From a bacterium (lineage in GTDB: Bacteria; RBG-13-61-14; DATKZS01): DNA of 64,000 nt. Below the pieces are notes generated by a model. That model worked only from the letters and a program-made list of their open reading frames with translations. It was not told where the DNA came from and searched no databases. Position numbers and translations under genes: made by a program. Of the stretch, positions 1-9,533 are shown piece after piece. The stretch covers positions 672,001 through 736,000 of the forward strand of contig CAXXFL010000006.1 in assembly GCA_963674965.2 (NCBI GenBank). The letters run 5' to 3'. Within the stretch, counting starts at the first letter, position 1. Every line of letters begins with the position of its first letter.

Positions 1-956
1 ACTGGCTCGCCCGAGCAGGTAAGCTCGGGGTACCCAGCCAGCATGGCCGAACAATGGCCGGGCACGTCGATCTCGGGAATGATCTCGACACCGCGGAGGC
101 GGGCGAACTCGACCACGTCCTTTAGCTCAGCCTTGGTGTAATAGCCCCTCATCGAGGCGGCGGCCTCCTCCCCCGAGCCGAAAAGGGCGCCGGGAAGCCT
201 CCTGCCCGACTCGTCGAACCTCCAGTTGGCCAGGCCCTCGAGCTTGTCCTCGCTCATGTTGGTGATGATCCCGCCCTTCTCGTGCAGGAGGGGAAACTTC
301 TCGCTCTCGATCCTCCACCCCTGGTCGTCCACAATATGCCAATGGAGCACGTTGATCTTCAGCTCGGAGAGCATGTCGATGTAGCGCTTGACCATGCCCG
401 CGGGCAAAAAGGAGCGGGAGGAATCGATAAGCATGCCCCGGTGCGAAAACCTGGGATAGTCGGTTATCCAGAGCGTGGGCAAGGCGGGTCCTTCCCCGGC
501 GGCGAAAAGCTGAAGCAGAGTCATAAAGCCGTTATGGAAGCCCGAGGCGGTCCTTGCCCGGAGCACCACGCCGTCATCCTTGACCGACAGCGCGTAGCCG
601 CCCTCCACGGCCGGGGCTTCAAGAGTTTCCACCTCGGATAGAGTCGGGCAAGGGACCGGACGGATCGTTACCACGTCCTTTTCGTCCGAGGTCGCGACCT
701 CGAGATCGAGGCCTTGCCTTTCTTTTACCTTGCCGGCGAAGACCCGAGCGAAATCGAGGACCATCGCGTCCAGGTTCGAGGACACGGAAATCTGGGAACC
801 ATCCGGGATATCGATCGAGCCTCCCTCCAACCGGACCTGGACCGGCCGGGGGATAAGGGGAAGCTCTTTTCCCCTCCCGGCCTTAACCGGGATGGAAAGA
901 CATAGAAGAGCCAGGGCGCATAACGCGGCCGCGGTCCTGAAATACCTTTTTCTCAT
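1..956 (-). CDS. beta-N-acetylhexosaminidase (GH20), exported; runs off the left edge of the window
   Basis: Not in the ORF track. Manual translation from ATG 956 gives a signal peptide (MRKRYFRTAAALCALALL), LPLIPRP, DYPRFSHRGMLIDSSRSF, KINVLHWHIVDDQGWRIE and GYYTKAELKDVVEFARLRGVEIIPEIDVPGH, all GH20 hallmarks. Confidence 0.93.
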   Translation of the reverse strand, partial: MRKRYFRTAAALCALALLCLSIPVKAGRGKELPLIPRPVQVRLEGGSIDIPDGSQISVSSNLDAMVLDFARVFAGKVKERQGLDLEVATSDEKDVVTIRPVPCPTLSEVETLEAPAVEGGYALSVKDDGVVLRARTASGFHNGFMTLLQLFAAGEGPALPTLWITDYPRFSHRGMLIDSSRSFLPAGMVKRYIDMLSELKINVLHWHIVDDQGWRIESEKFPLLHEKGGIITNMSEDKLEGLANWRFDESGRRLPGALFGSGEEAAASMRGYYTKAELKDVVEFARLRGVEIIPEIDVPGHCSAMLAGYPELTCSGEP

Positions 957-1015
957 TTATCTTCCCTTCTCGCCCTCCTCGGGGCGCAAGGCGTCCGACT
1001 ATGCAATGGATGAGG

Positions 1016-2095
1016 TTATGATGGACGGCTGACGTTGACGCGATATGAGTAGAAAGAACTTTGCTCGGGCTGTCCCGAGATTTTTCCCGCGGGCATGAAC
1101 TCGCGTTTTTCCTCGTCCCACGGGTAATGCCAGGCGTAGACCATTTTGGCCTCGAGGTCCACGGCGGCGAAGGTGAAGGCGGGGGAAGGCTCGCCCGCGA
1201 CGGCGCATGAGGCGCTGATTACGGGCGTGAATTTTTCTCCGTTTCCGATTTTATCCTCGCCCCCGTGCTCGTGCCCCCGGAAGGCCAGGTCGCAGCGCCT
1301 GACCAGGTCGTCGAGCGCGCTTTTGTCGCCCGGCTTCATCCATTCCGCGGGATGATGCAAAAGGGCCATGGTAAAGTCCGGTCCCCACTCCCTGCCGGTC
1401 ATCTTCACCGCGTCGCGCCATGCCCTTTCCACCTGGTACTCTCCCAGGCAGAGCATGCCCTTGTCGATATCCATCCTGCACCGGCAGGCCCAGGCCGAGT
1501 TCAGTCCCAGCACGGCAATCTTCTTTTCGCCGTGCTCGAACACGTCGGAGAAGAAAAAGTCCGAGGCGGCCGATGGTATCCTGGTCCCGTACCTCCGTCC
1601 CAGGGAGTGAAGGAACTTCTGATAGGACGCCAGCCTTCCGGCGATCCGGCCCGAGTACCCTTTCCTCTCGTCCCGAAGCAGCTTGTTCCACTCATCCGGG
1701 CCCGGAAGCTGAAGAGCGTCGTCGGTGTTCTTGATGAACTGGAGGTAAACGTCGTGCTCGCCCGGGACCACGTAGAGCCGCTCGCCTCCAATATGGAGTT
1801 TGTCCAGCAGCTCGCCCAAAAAGTCGGCGGCCGCGTCGAAGTCCTCGCCCTGCCCCTGGTAGGCCACGTCTCCGGCCACGAGCACGGCGTCGACCTGGGC
1901 GAACTCGGGGAATTTCCTGGCCCAGGCCTCGAGATGTCGGTCAAGGGCCCGGAAGAAGCGCCGTATGGCCCGCGCCCTCGATACCGCGTACTTGGGCGAT
2001 CGGAAGTGGATATCCGACAGGTGCAGAATTTTCAGCGGGTCGCCCCGAAAGTCGGGCGTCTCGATTTCATCGTGCTTGAAGATGTTCCATGCCAT
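1016..2095 (-). CDS. calcineurin-like metallophosphoesterase
   Basis: LHLSDIH, AGDVA, VPGEHD (normally GNHD), LLHHP and RGHEH motifs. Confidence 0.88.
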   Translation of the reverse strand: MAWNIFKHDEIETPDFRGDPLKILHLSDIHFRSPKYAVSRARAIRRFFRALDRHLEAWARKFPEFAQVDAVLVAGDVAYQGQGEDFDAAADFLGELLDKLHIGGERLYVVPGEHDVYLQFIKNTDDALQLPGPDEWNKLLRDERKGYSGRIAGRLASYQKFLHSLGRRYGTRIPSAASDFFFSDVFEHGEKKIAVLGLNSAWACRCRMDIDKGMLCLGEYQVERAWRDAVKMTGREWGPDFTMALLHHPAEWMKPGDKSALDDLVRRCDLAFRGHEHGGEDKIGNGEKFTPVISASCAVAGEPSPAFTFAAVDLEAKMVYAWHYPWDEEKREFMPAGKISGQPEQSSFYSYRVNVSRPS

Positions 2096-2168
2096 GGCGC
2101 TAAATCAATTCTATAATAATCGGCGCCGCCAATGCAATCTTGCATCGCGGAAAACCAAAGCCAATAAA

Positions 2169-2657
2169 TTATCCGTCCTTGAACACCACCGCCGTGCCGT
2201 AGGCCAGGACCTCGACGCTGGGCATGGACGCCTTGCCCTGAGATCTGGTAATGGTCGAGGTTTCCATCCTGACGTTGAGCACCAATTGGGCGCCGTAAGC
2301 CGCGGCCTGCTCCCGCATCCGCATCATGGCCTCCCGTCTTCCCCTGTCGACCAGGGTCTCGAGGGTCCCGAGCCTGCCGCCCACCAGGGTCTTCAAGTTG
2401 GCGCCGAAGGTCTTAAAGTAGTCGCTGGCTATGACCACCGACCCCGTTACCAGGAAGGACTGGGCAATGGGACGGTCGGGCGGCGTCTTCATGGAGGTGG
2501 GGATGGCGATGGTCATGGCGGCCTCCCGCCGGGCCAGCGAGGCCAGGTGGTTCCTTTCCATGTAGCGGCCCACGAAGTAGCCGATCAATATAAGCGCGAC
2601 CGGCGTGCCCCACGTCATGACCATGGAGAAAATATTTTCAGCTCCCATGTTTTCCAT
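2169..2657 (-). CDS. YbjQ/UPF0145-family protein with N-terminal membrane helix
   Basis: LKTLVGGRL...RGRREAMMRM...AQLVLNVRMET...EVLAYGTAV. Confidence 0.85.
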   Translation of the reverse strand: MENMGAENIFSMVMTWGTPVALILIGYFVGRYMERNHLASLARREAAMTIAIPTSMKTPPDRPIAQSFLVTGSVVIASDYFKTFGANLKTLVGGRLGTLETLVDRGRREAMMRMREQAAAYGAQLVLNVRMETSTITRSQGKASMPSVEVLAYGTAVVFKDG

Positions 2658-2666
2658 GGACGTCCC

Positions 2667-3071
2667 CTATATGGAAGGCGGGCCGCCCCGGCCCTGGCCT
2701 TGTCCCGGTCCCGGCCTGGGAGGGGCCGCCGGCGGCCTTGGCGCCTGGGCCGCCAGGGGCTCGATCACCACGGCCGTTCCATAGGCGAAAAGCTCGGCCG
2801 CTCCCTGCGTCACCGAGCTGGTCGAGAACCTCACGTTGACCACCGCGTTGGCGCCCATGGACTGGGCCATCTGGATCATGCGCGAGATGGCCTCGTTGCG
2901 GGACTCCGCCAGAAGCTCGGTGTAGCCCTCCAGCTCGCCGCCCACTATGTTTTTAAGGCCCGCCATGATGTCGCGCCCGATGTGCTTGGCCCGTATGGTG
3001 TTGCCGCTCACCAGTCCCAAATGCCGCGTGACGCGAGCGCCCGGAATGGTCTCCAGGTTGGATAGTATCAT
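2667..3071 (-). CDS. YbjQ/UPF0145-family protein
   Basis: Start MILSNLETIPG at 3071; HIGRDIMAGLKNIVGGELEGYTELLAESR, GANAVVNVRF, AYGTAV; Pro/Gly-rich tail. Confidence 0.9.
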   Translation of the reverse strand: MILSNLETIPGARVTRHLGLVSGNTIRAKHIGRDIMAGLKNIVGGELEGYTELLAESRNEAISRMIQMAQSMGANAVVNVRFSTSSVTQGAAELFAYGTAVVIEPLAAQAPRPPAAPPRPGPGQGQGRGGPPSI

Positions 3072-3182
3072 TTTCGTCTCTCCTGTATTCCCGAATAGTA
3101 AAGCGGGCCGGGACCGCCCGCCTGACCGATATTTTGTCAAGTATTTTGAAGACATGCAAGCCGGGTCACCGGCATTGTCGAG

Positions 3183-4256
3183 TCACCGGCTTTGGGCGGC
3201 CTTTGCCTTGCCCGCGGCCCGGAGGTAGTAAAGATATATCATGGCCGAGTGCTCGTCGAAGAAGCCGCGGTTGTCGAATATCTTTTTTTGTCCCTCCGTC
3301 ACGCCGAGGGCCATGGCCAGCTCGTCCTTTACCTTGTCCTCCTTGGGCGTCTCGCGGAGCGTATAGCCGACCACGTTGAAACTCTTGTCGAGTATGACGC
3401 CGGGCGCCTTCTCGATGACCGCGTTGACTATCCGGTTAAAATTGAGAAGCCCGGATGGAAGCATGTCCGTCCCCAGTCCCGAGTAATCGAATTCCGTCTC
3501 GACCACCCTGATCGACCTTGGGGTGCTTTTCCTGTAAAGGTCCACCATCTCCGCGCTCTGCCCGGGCATCACCCACCGGATCAGGCCGGCCCTGGGCCTG
3601 ACCGAGAACCTGCTTACGGTCTCGCGCAGCGCGCTGGGCTCGGCGTTGGGGTCCTCCGGTCCCATCATCATCTTGCCCAGGCTGACGGCGGGGGTCTCCT
3701 CCTCCATGTCCCCATCCCGCTCCGCCTGCTCGCGGATCCTTCCCCGTACGATCAGAAAAACGTCGGAATAAGGAACCTCGATCAACTCTCCGTCCTGATC
3801 CAACAGGATAAGTTTTTCCTCTCCTATCTCCCTCACGCCCCTGGCCGCGGTCCTGTCCTCCAGGCGGTCCAGTCCGCTCCGCTTGATCAGGTAGGAATCG
3901 ACGCCCATGGCCTCGAGCCTCTTGACCATGGCGCCGGCCTCGGCCTGCTCGTAATAAGAACGGGCGATCCACGGCGCGGGCCGGATGAGTCTCTGTCTCG
4001 CCGTGTAGGGATCGGCGTTCATCTCCCCGGCGAAGGCCTCGATCGTCGCGGCGTCGGTCGCCTGGGAGGGGGAAACCACCACCAGGAAGGCCTCCGGCGG
4101 TTTCCTCTTGAGGGTAGCGGCCTCGCCTGCTTTTTGAGGCTGGGCCGTCTTTTCCGGCGCGGGCGAGAAGGCGTCCTCGAAGAGGCCCCCGCAGTAGATG
4201 CACCGCTTGGCCCTCTCGTTGTTCGGACGCTCGCATTTAGGGCAGTTTTTAGCCAT
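3183..4256 (-). CDS. hypothetical protein with N-terminal zinc ribbon
   Basis: CPKC-x10-CIYCG at the N-terminus; 357 aa ORF co-oriented with its neighbours. Confidence 0.75.
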   Translation of the reverse strand: MAKNCPKCERPNNERAKRCIYCGGLFEDAFSPAPEKTAQPQKAGEAATLKRKPPEAFLVVVSPSQATDAATIEAFAGEMNADPYTARQRLIRPAPWIARSYYEQAEAGAMVKRLEAMGVDSYLIKRSGLDRLEDRTAARGVREIGEEKLILLDQDGELIEVPYSDVFLIVRGRIREQAERDGDMEEETPAVSLGKMMMGPEDPNAEPSALRETVSRFSVRPRAGLIRWVMPGQSAEMVDLYRKSTPRSIRVVETEFDYSGLGTDMLPSGLLNFNRIVNAVIEKAPGVILDKSFNVVGYTLRETPKEDKVKDELAMALGVTEGQKKIFDNRGFFDEHSAMIYLYYLRAAGKAKAAQSR

Positions 4257-4325
4257 GTTTTTTAACCACCGTTTCGATGCGGCCGGGCGGCGGCTGGATT
4301 CAATCCGTCTCGAGGGGAAGGGGTC

Positions 4326-6899
4326 TCAATCATTTTTCCCTTCGCCCGCTTTTTCCGTTTCAGCCGCTTGTTCGCCTGACGCGTCACCCGCGTTTTTCGC
4401 CCCTATGTTAAACCGGGGCGTCCCTTTAATCCAAATGTCTCTTTGCGGGAAAGGTATGCCGATGCCCGCCTCGTTCAACGCGTTATAGATCGCCACCCGA
4501 AGCTCGCTGGCCACGGAGAGTCTGCGGTTTATGGAGGGGAGGAAACACCTGAGCTCGAAGTCGAGGGATGAGTCTCCGAACCCGGTAAAAAGCGCCGAGG
4601 GAGCGGGGTCGGTAAGTATCTCGGGATGCTCGGCGCCGACCGCCTCGAGTATCTCGATGACCTTCTCCGGGTCGGACCCGTACTCGACTCCCACGCTGAT
4701 ATGAATCCTGTTCCTTCCATGGGAGTAGGTCCAGTTGGTAAGGTTGCTCCACAAAAGGTCGCCGTTGGGCACGATGAACTCCGACTCGTCCCAGGTCTCC
4801 ATCAGGGTGGCCCGGATCCCCACCCGCTTGACCACGCACCATTCGCCGCCGACCACCACGTTGTCGCCCACTTTGACCGGACGCTCGACCAGCATGATGA
4901 GGCCGGCTACAAAATGGTTGACCACGTTCTGGAGGCCGAAACCTATGCCAACGCCCAATGCGCCGGCCACTATGGCCAGGCTCTGGAGACGGACGCCGAG
5001 GATGAAGAGGGAGACCACGAAACCGATAAAGACGATGGCGTAACGAAGGCCCTGGTTGATGGCGCTTTGAAGTCCCTTCTCGACGTTCCTCCTCGGATAT
5101 ATCTCCTCGTCCAGCATGTAGACGGTGAAACGGGAAATACGCACCGAAAGGTAAATGGCCAGAATGGACCCGAAAATAAGCCCGACCGTTACCCTGGACG
5201 CGCCCACCTCGAAGCCCGCCCCCCACAGGGCCGAAAGACCCGACAAAAACGAAGACCCGACTCCCCAGACCACCGCGACCAGATATATCCAAAGCAGAAC
5301 GAAACCGTAACCTAAAAGGCGATTGACGGACGCCATAATCTCGATCTCGTGTCCCTTAACGCTTTTTAGCCTCGCGGACTTGTCGCTGAAGAGCGCCAGT
5401 ACCACGAAGGACCTGGCCACCCTGTATCCGGCCAGGAGGAAAAAGGAAACGTACACGGTTTTGAAGGTCATCCGGGCCAGCATGGCGCTCGCCCAGTTAT
5501 ACCCCAGTATTTGCCCGAGAAGCGCCAGGGCCAGAAGGCCGACCAAGGCCCGCTGGGTGAACTTGAACCAGGGGATAAGCCTTTCCCAGCGCCCTTCCCT
5601 GGCGTGCTCCATGAGCCTGGACGGCGCCAGATAGACGAGGCTTATGGCCAAACCGATGGCGAGGCGAGCCACCAGGTCAACCTGGTCGAGCGGGGGAGAG
5701 GACGCGAGAAAGTCGTTCAATACCTCGAGACCGAAAATCACGCCCACCCCAGCTATAAAGAACCGGAGATGCTCCTCCTTGATGACCTGCACCAGAAGGT
5801 TGATTACCGGGATGGCCATGATAAGCCAGTAAAGGTCCTTGGCCATGAGAGGCGGAGCGGAGTAAACCAGCGGAGAAGGAAGGAACACTATAAGCAAGGC
5901 CACGGAAAAGGGGTTCGAGAAAAGGGCCCTTAGTTCCTTTATCCTGGGCAGGTCCTCCGTCCTCTTCCGGATGTGAGGAAGGACCGTGCGAAGCCACAGC
6001 CATACTCCAAGCAGGATAACGAGTTGAAGACCCAGCTTGCCCTGCGACTGGCCCAGATAATCGCGGGACTCGGTGAAATAATCCCTCCCGTCCTCCAGGA
6101 TGGGGGCCATCGAGGCGTCTCCAAAGGGCCTTATAAAATCCGCCTCGAAGAACGCCGGCTTGTCCTTGGCCCAGAGCGATAAAGTTAGGACCGATTTGAT
6201 CTCGTTCAACGAGTCGATATGCCCATCGATCAGGGTCGCTCGGCCGCTAAGGTCCTTTTGGGCCTCGATAAGGGGAGTGAACCTGGCGTCGAGATCGGCG
6301 CGGGCCTTGTCGAGGTTTTTGATGACCTCGTCGATTCTTTCCGTCGTCGGGCCCGAGTAGCCGGCTTTGCCGTAGGCCTCGAGGGTCGATTTCCAGCGCT
6401 CCCGCTCCTTGCCTATCTCGACGTTGGCGCCCTGAATGGCGGTGATGACGGCGCCCACCTGCTTGGATAAGGCGTCGATCCCCTCCCTCTCCCGCTGCCA
6501 CTCGACGATCCTCGAGCTCACGTCGGTCAAGGAAAGGGTCTTTCGCGCCCGAAGCTTGTTGATTTTGCTTTTCGACTCCTTGATCCTGGCCTCGGTCGAG
6601 TCTCCTTTTTGTATCTCCGGGGGAGGAGAAGGGATGGATTTAAGCAGGTCGTTTATTTTCGTCTCGCTGTTTTTGGCCTCACTGAAAAGGTCGGCCACCG
6701 GCACCACGCCCTCGGGCAGGGTCGGGGCCGGAGCGGCCGTGTCGCCGGCCAACGCGGCCGTCCCTCCCGCCTGGGTTTCCTGGGCGCCGGCCTTGGCCGG
6801 GAAAAGAAAAAAGACACACAAGACGAGCGCGAGACTTACCGCCCACGTCCACTCCCTTTTGCTCCTTTTCGTAATCAACTTGTCGGGTCCCCGATTCAT
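4326..6899 (-). CDS. large MscS-family mechanosensitive channel (MscK-like)
   Basis: Signal peptide, coiled-coil periplasmic region, many TM helices, GALGVGIGFGLQNVVNHFVAGLIMLVERPVKVGD, FGDSSLDFEL, IPFPQRD; ATG 6899 overlaps the upstream stop (ATGA). Confidence 0.93.
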   Translation of the reverse strand: MNRGPDKLITKRSKREWTWAVSLALVLCVFFLFPAKAGAQETQAGGTAALAGDTAAPAPTLPEGVVPVADLFSEAKNSETKINDLLKSIPSPPPEIQKGDSTEARIKESKSKINKLRARKTLSLTDVSSRIVEWQREREGIDALSKQVGAVITAIQGANVEIGKERERWKSTLEAYGKAGYSGPTTERIDEVIKNLDKARADLDARFTPLIEAQKDLSGRATLIDGHIDSLNEIKSVLTLSLWAKDKPAFFEADFIRPFGDASMAPILEDGRDYFTESRDYLGQSQGKLGLQLVILLGVWLWLRTVLPHIRKRTEDLPRIKELRALFSNPFSVALLIVFLPSPLVYSAPPLMAKDLYWLIMAIPVINLLVQVIKEEHLRFFIAGVGVIFGLEVLNDFLASSPPLDQVDLVARLAIGLAISLVYLAPSRLMEHAREGRWERLIPWFKFTQRALVGLLALALLGQILGYNWASAMLARMTFKTVYVSFFLLAGYRVARSFVVLALFSDKSARLKSVKGHEIEIMASVNRLLGYGFVLLWIYLVAVVWGVGSSFLSGLSALWGAGFEVGASRVTVGLIFGSILAIYLSVRISRFTVYMLDEEIYPRRNVEKGLQSAINQGLRYAIVFIGFVVSLFILGVRLQSLAIVAGALGVGIGFGLQNVVNHFVAGLIMLVERPVKVGDNVVVGGEWCVVKRVGIRATLMETWDESEFIVPNGDLLWSNLTNWTYSHGRNRIHISVGVEYGSDPEKVIEILEAVGAEHPEILTDPAPSALFTGFGDSSLDFELRCFLPSINRRLSVASELRVAIYNALNEAGIGIPFPQRDIWIKGTPRFNIGAKNAGDASGEQAAETEKAGEGKND

Positions 6900-8071
6900 T
6901 TGACGACGTTCTTGGATTTCAGATCGGCAATTTCCCGGTCCGTGAAACCGGACTCCTCGAGAATATCCCTGGTATGGGCTCCCACGCAAACGCCGGAGTG
7001 CCGATACTCGAGCGACGACCTGGAGAACTTGAAGGGGCTGGCAATCTGCCTAACGGGCGTCCCGTCCTCCATCTCCACCTCGATCACCATTTCCCTGGCC
7101 TCGAGATGAGGATGCCCGGCCATCTCGTCAACCGTCAGGACCGGCTCGACGCAGGCGTCCACTTTCGAGAAGATTTCCTCCCACTCGGAGCGCGTCTTCT
7201 TTTTGAACTCCTTTACGAGTTCCTCCTTTAGCTTCTCGCCCTTCGGGCCCATGGCCAAGTGGAAACTCGAAAGGTCCTCCCGCCCCAGGGCCTTGAGCAT
7301 GGCCTGGAAAAATTGAGGCTCGAGACCGCCCACCGACATGTACCGGCCGTCGCCGGTCTCGTAAAAGCCGTAATAGCCGCCGCCGTTAAGCACGTTGGTT
7401 TCCCATCCTATCTTGTCGCCGTGAAGGTGGTTGGCCCCGTGCAGGGCCCCGAGGGTAACGGCCCCGTCGGTCATGCTTATGTCGATATATTGGCCCTTGC
7501 CGCTCCTTTCCCTCTCGTAGAGGGCGGCCAGAATGGCGATGACCGCGTTCATGCCGCCGCCGCACTGGTCGGCCACCTGAATTCCCGGCGCGACCGGTCC
7601 CACGTCCTTCCTGCCCGTGTAGGACATGACCCCGGAAAGGGACATATAGTTGATGTCGTGACCGGCCCGGAGGCGGTAAGGCCCGTCCTGGCCGTAACCC
7701 GTTATGGAGCAGTAGACGAGCTTTTCGTTATGCCTGGCCAGTTCCTCGTGGCCCACGCCCAGCTTTTCCATCACGCCGGGCCGAAACTGCTCGATAAGAA
7801 CGTCGAAGTTTTTCACCAGGCGCTTGACCACCTCGACCCCCTCAGGCTTTTTCAGGTCCAGGGTGATGCACTTCTTGTTCCGGTTAAGCTCGAGATGGCC
7901 AACGGACATGCCGCCCTTCATGGGAGGCATCATCCGGAGAAGGTCGGGAGGGTTGGCCGCCTCGATCTTGATCACCTCCGCCCCCATGTCGCCCAGGAGC
8001 ATGGTCCCGAAAGGACCCGGCAGCAGCCTGGTGAAATCCAGGACTTTTAAACCCGTTAGCGGACCGCTCAT
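6896..8071 (-). CDS. CaiB/BaiF family III CoA-transferase / alpha-methylacyl-CoA racemase
   Basis: GPLTGLKVLDFTRLLPGPF, NRNKK, FRPGVMEKLG, AGHDINY. Confidence 0.95.
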   Translation of the reverse strand: MSGPLTGLKVLDFTRLLPGPFGTMLLGDMGAEVIKIEAANPPDLLRMMPPMKGGMSVGHLELNRNKKCITLDLKKPEGVEVVKRLVKNFDVLIEQFRPGVMEKLGVGHEELARHNEKLVYCSITGYGQDGPYRLRAGHDINYMSLSGVMSYTGRKDVGPVAPGIQVADQCGGGMNAVIAILAALYERERSGKGQYIDISMTDGAVTLGALHGANHLHGDKIGWETNVLNGGGYYGFYETGDGRYMSVGGLEPQFFQAMLKALGREDLSSFHLAMGPKGEKLKEELVKEFKKKTRSEWEEIFSKVDACVEPVLTVDEMAGHPHLEAREMVIEVEMEDGTPVRQIASPFKFSRSSLEYRHSGVCVGAHTRDILEESGFTDREIADLKSKNVVK

Positions 8072-8266
8072 ATTTCTTCCTCCATTTCCTCGGCGGAAAT
8101 TGTTATATATCGTCCCGGTTGACGCTCCATCTCTCCCCCTTGTCGCTTCCTTTGCCGGCTCATGGCGAGCCCTTGCCCATCTAAAATCAAGCGGCGCGGA
8201 CGTGCCGGCCCCGCGCCATGTTTTTTCCCGTCAATAAATCCGCCAAGACCTCTCTTCCCTCCCCGG

Positions 8267-8701
8267 TTATTTGCCCTCCTGCTTCATGACCTCTTTGATC
8301 TTGGCGAGCAGCAGTTCCTCCGAGTCCGGCCCCTTGCCTATGTATCCTCGGTAGTTCTTCTTGAAGCCGGGAGACATCTCCGAGACCTCGAGGCTCATTC
8401 TTTCGACGAAATCCTGGTCCCTGGCCGAGTAAATGATAAAAGGCACGGAAACCAGCTCCTCGTACATCAACTCCACGATGGCCCCCACCTGGGCCCCCGT
8501 CATGTCGGGCATCTCCATGTCCAGCACGAACATGTCGATGGCGCTGCGAAGAAAAGGGTCCGCCACCAGGAGACGCTCCAGGTCCTGGGCGTCCTCGGCG
8601 CTCCTCACCTCGAGGCCGGCCCGCTCGAGGGCCTCCCGAACCATCTCCCTGGCCGTCAGGCTGTCCTCAACGTGCATGATTACGTGTTTGCCGTCTCTCA
8701 T
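8267..8701 (-). CDS. stand-alone response regulator receiver protein
   Basis: HVEDS...FVLDMEMPDMTG...IIYSA; GGAGAGG RBS before ATG 8701. Confidence 0.88.
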   Translation of the reverse strand: MRDGKHVIMHVEDSLTAREMVREALERAGLEVRSAEDAQDLERLLVADPFLRSAIDMFVLDMEMPDMTGAQVGAIVELMYEELVSVPFIIYSARDQDFVERMSLEVSEMSPGFKKNYRGYIGKGPDSEELLLAKIKEVMKQEGK

Positions 8702-8727
8702 TTTTCCTCTCCAAGCATGATGACGCC

Positions 8728-9399
8728 TCACGGCGTCGAGTTGGTCCTGGCGCGGACCGCCTTCTTAAGGCGATCGGCTCTTTTCTCTCCCTTTTCGTCC
8801 TTGACCAGGGACTCCTCGTCGATAAAAGCGTATTGCACGCTCACCGCCGACTCGTATAGAGTATTGACTATACCGTAAAACGGGTTCGAGGGCGTCTCGC
8901 ATCCATGGGCCTGCACGGCTAGGTCCGCCGCCCGAAACAACCTGGCCGCCCTCTTCAGGTGATAGGGCGAACTGACCAATATACAGCTCGTCCAGCCCCG
9001 TTCCTTCATTATCTTCGCCGAGTAGCGGGCGTTACCGATGGTGTCCATCGCCTCGCGCTCCTCGATGACGGAGTCGGCCGGCACGCCCAGCCCCAGCAGG
9101 GCCTCCTTCATGACCGCCGACTCGTAATAGTCCTTATAGGTGTTGCCCCCCGTCACGATTATCGCCTCCGCCAAGCCCCGCGAGAAAAGATCGGCCCCGG
9201 CCTCGACCCTCCTTAAAAGCTCCGGCCTTATGGTCCCCTTTTTGTCCACGGGAGGACCGTAACCCAAAATCACTATGGCGTCGGCGCGCGTCAAGCCCTC
9301 CTCCATTACCTCACGCGGTCCTTTCTTTGGGGCGCAACCCAGGATCAACAATGACGTTACAACCACCAAGATGGCCGCTTTATTCGAGAGTCCAATCAT
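8728..9399 (-). CDS. YdcF/DUF218 (SanA/ElyC-like) lipoprotein
   Basis: ADAIVILG, IIVTGG, E..A.DTIGNA, LVSSPYHLKRA; LILGC lipobox; start uncertain. Confidence 0.87.
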   Translation of the reverse strand: MIGLSNKAAILVVVTSLLILGCAPKKGPREVMEEGLTRADAIVILGYGPPVDKKGTIRPELLRRVEAGADLFSRGLAEAIIVTGGNTYKDYYESAVMKEALLGLGVPADSVIEEREAMDTIGNARYSAKIMKERGWTSCILVSSPYHLKRAARLFRAADLAVQAHGCETPSNPFYGIVNTLYESAVSVQYAFIDEESLVKDEKGEKRADRLKKAVRARTNSTP

Positions 9400-9533
9400 C
9401 TCCAAATTCGTTTTACCAGATAATCTATCAAACCGCGGGCGCCTGGACAAGGCCGGCCCATAACTTTCGTTATTTTATTCGCCGGACAGGCGTCCGGGAA
9501 TATCACCTTTTATTCCGTTTCGGCGCCGTTGTA

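Noticed and set aside
8193-8227. Plus-strand terminator-like hairpin GGCGCGG...CCGCGCC with T-run
   Set aside because: Both flanking genes are on the minus strand and no plus-strand transcript is supported
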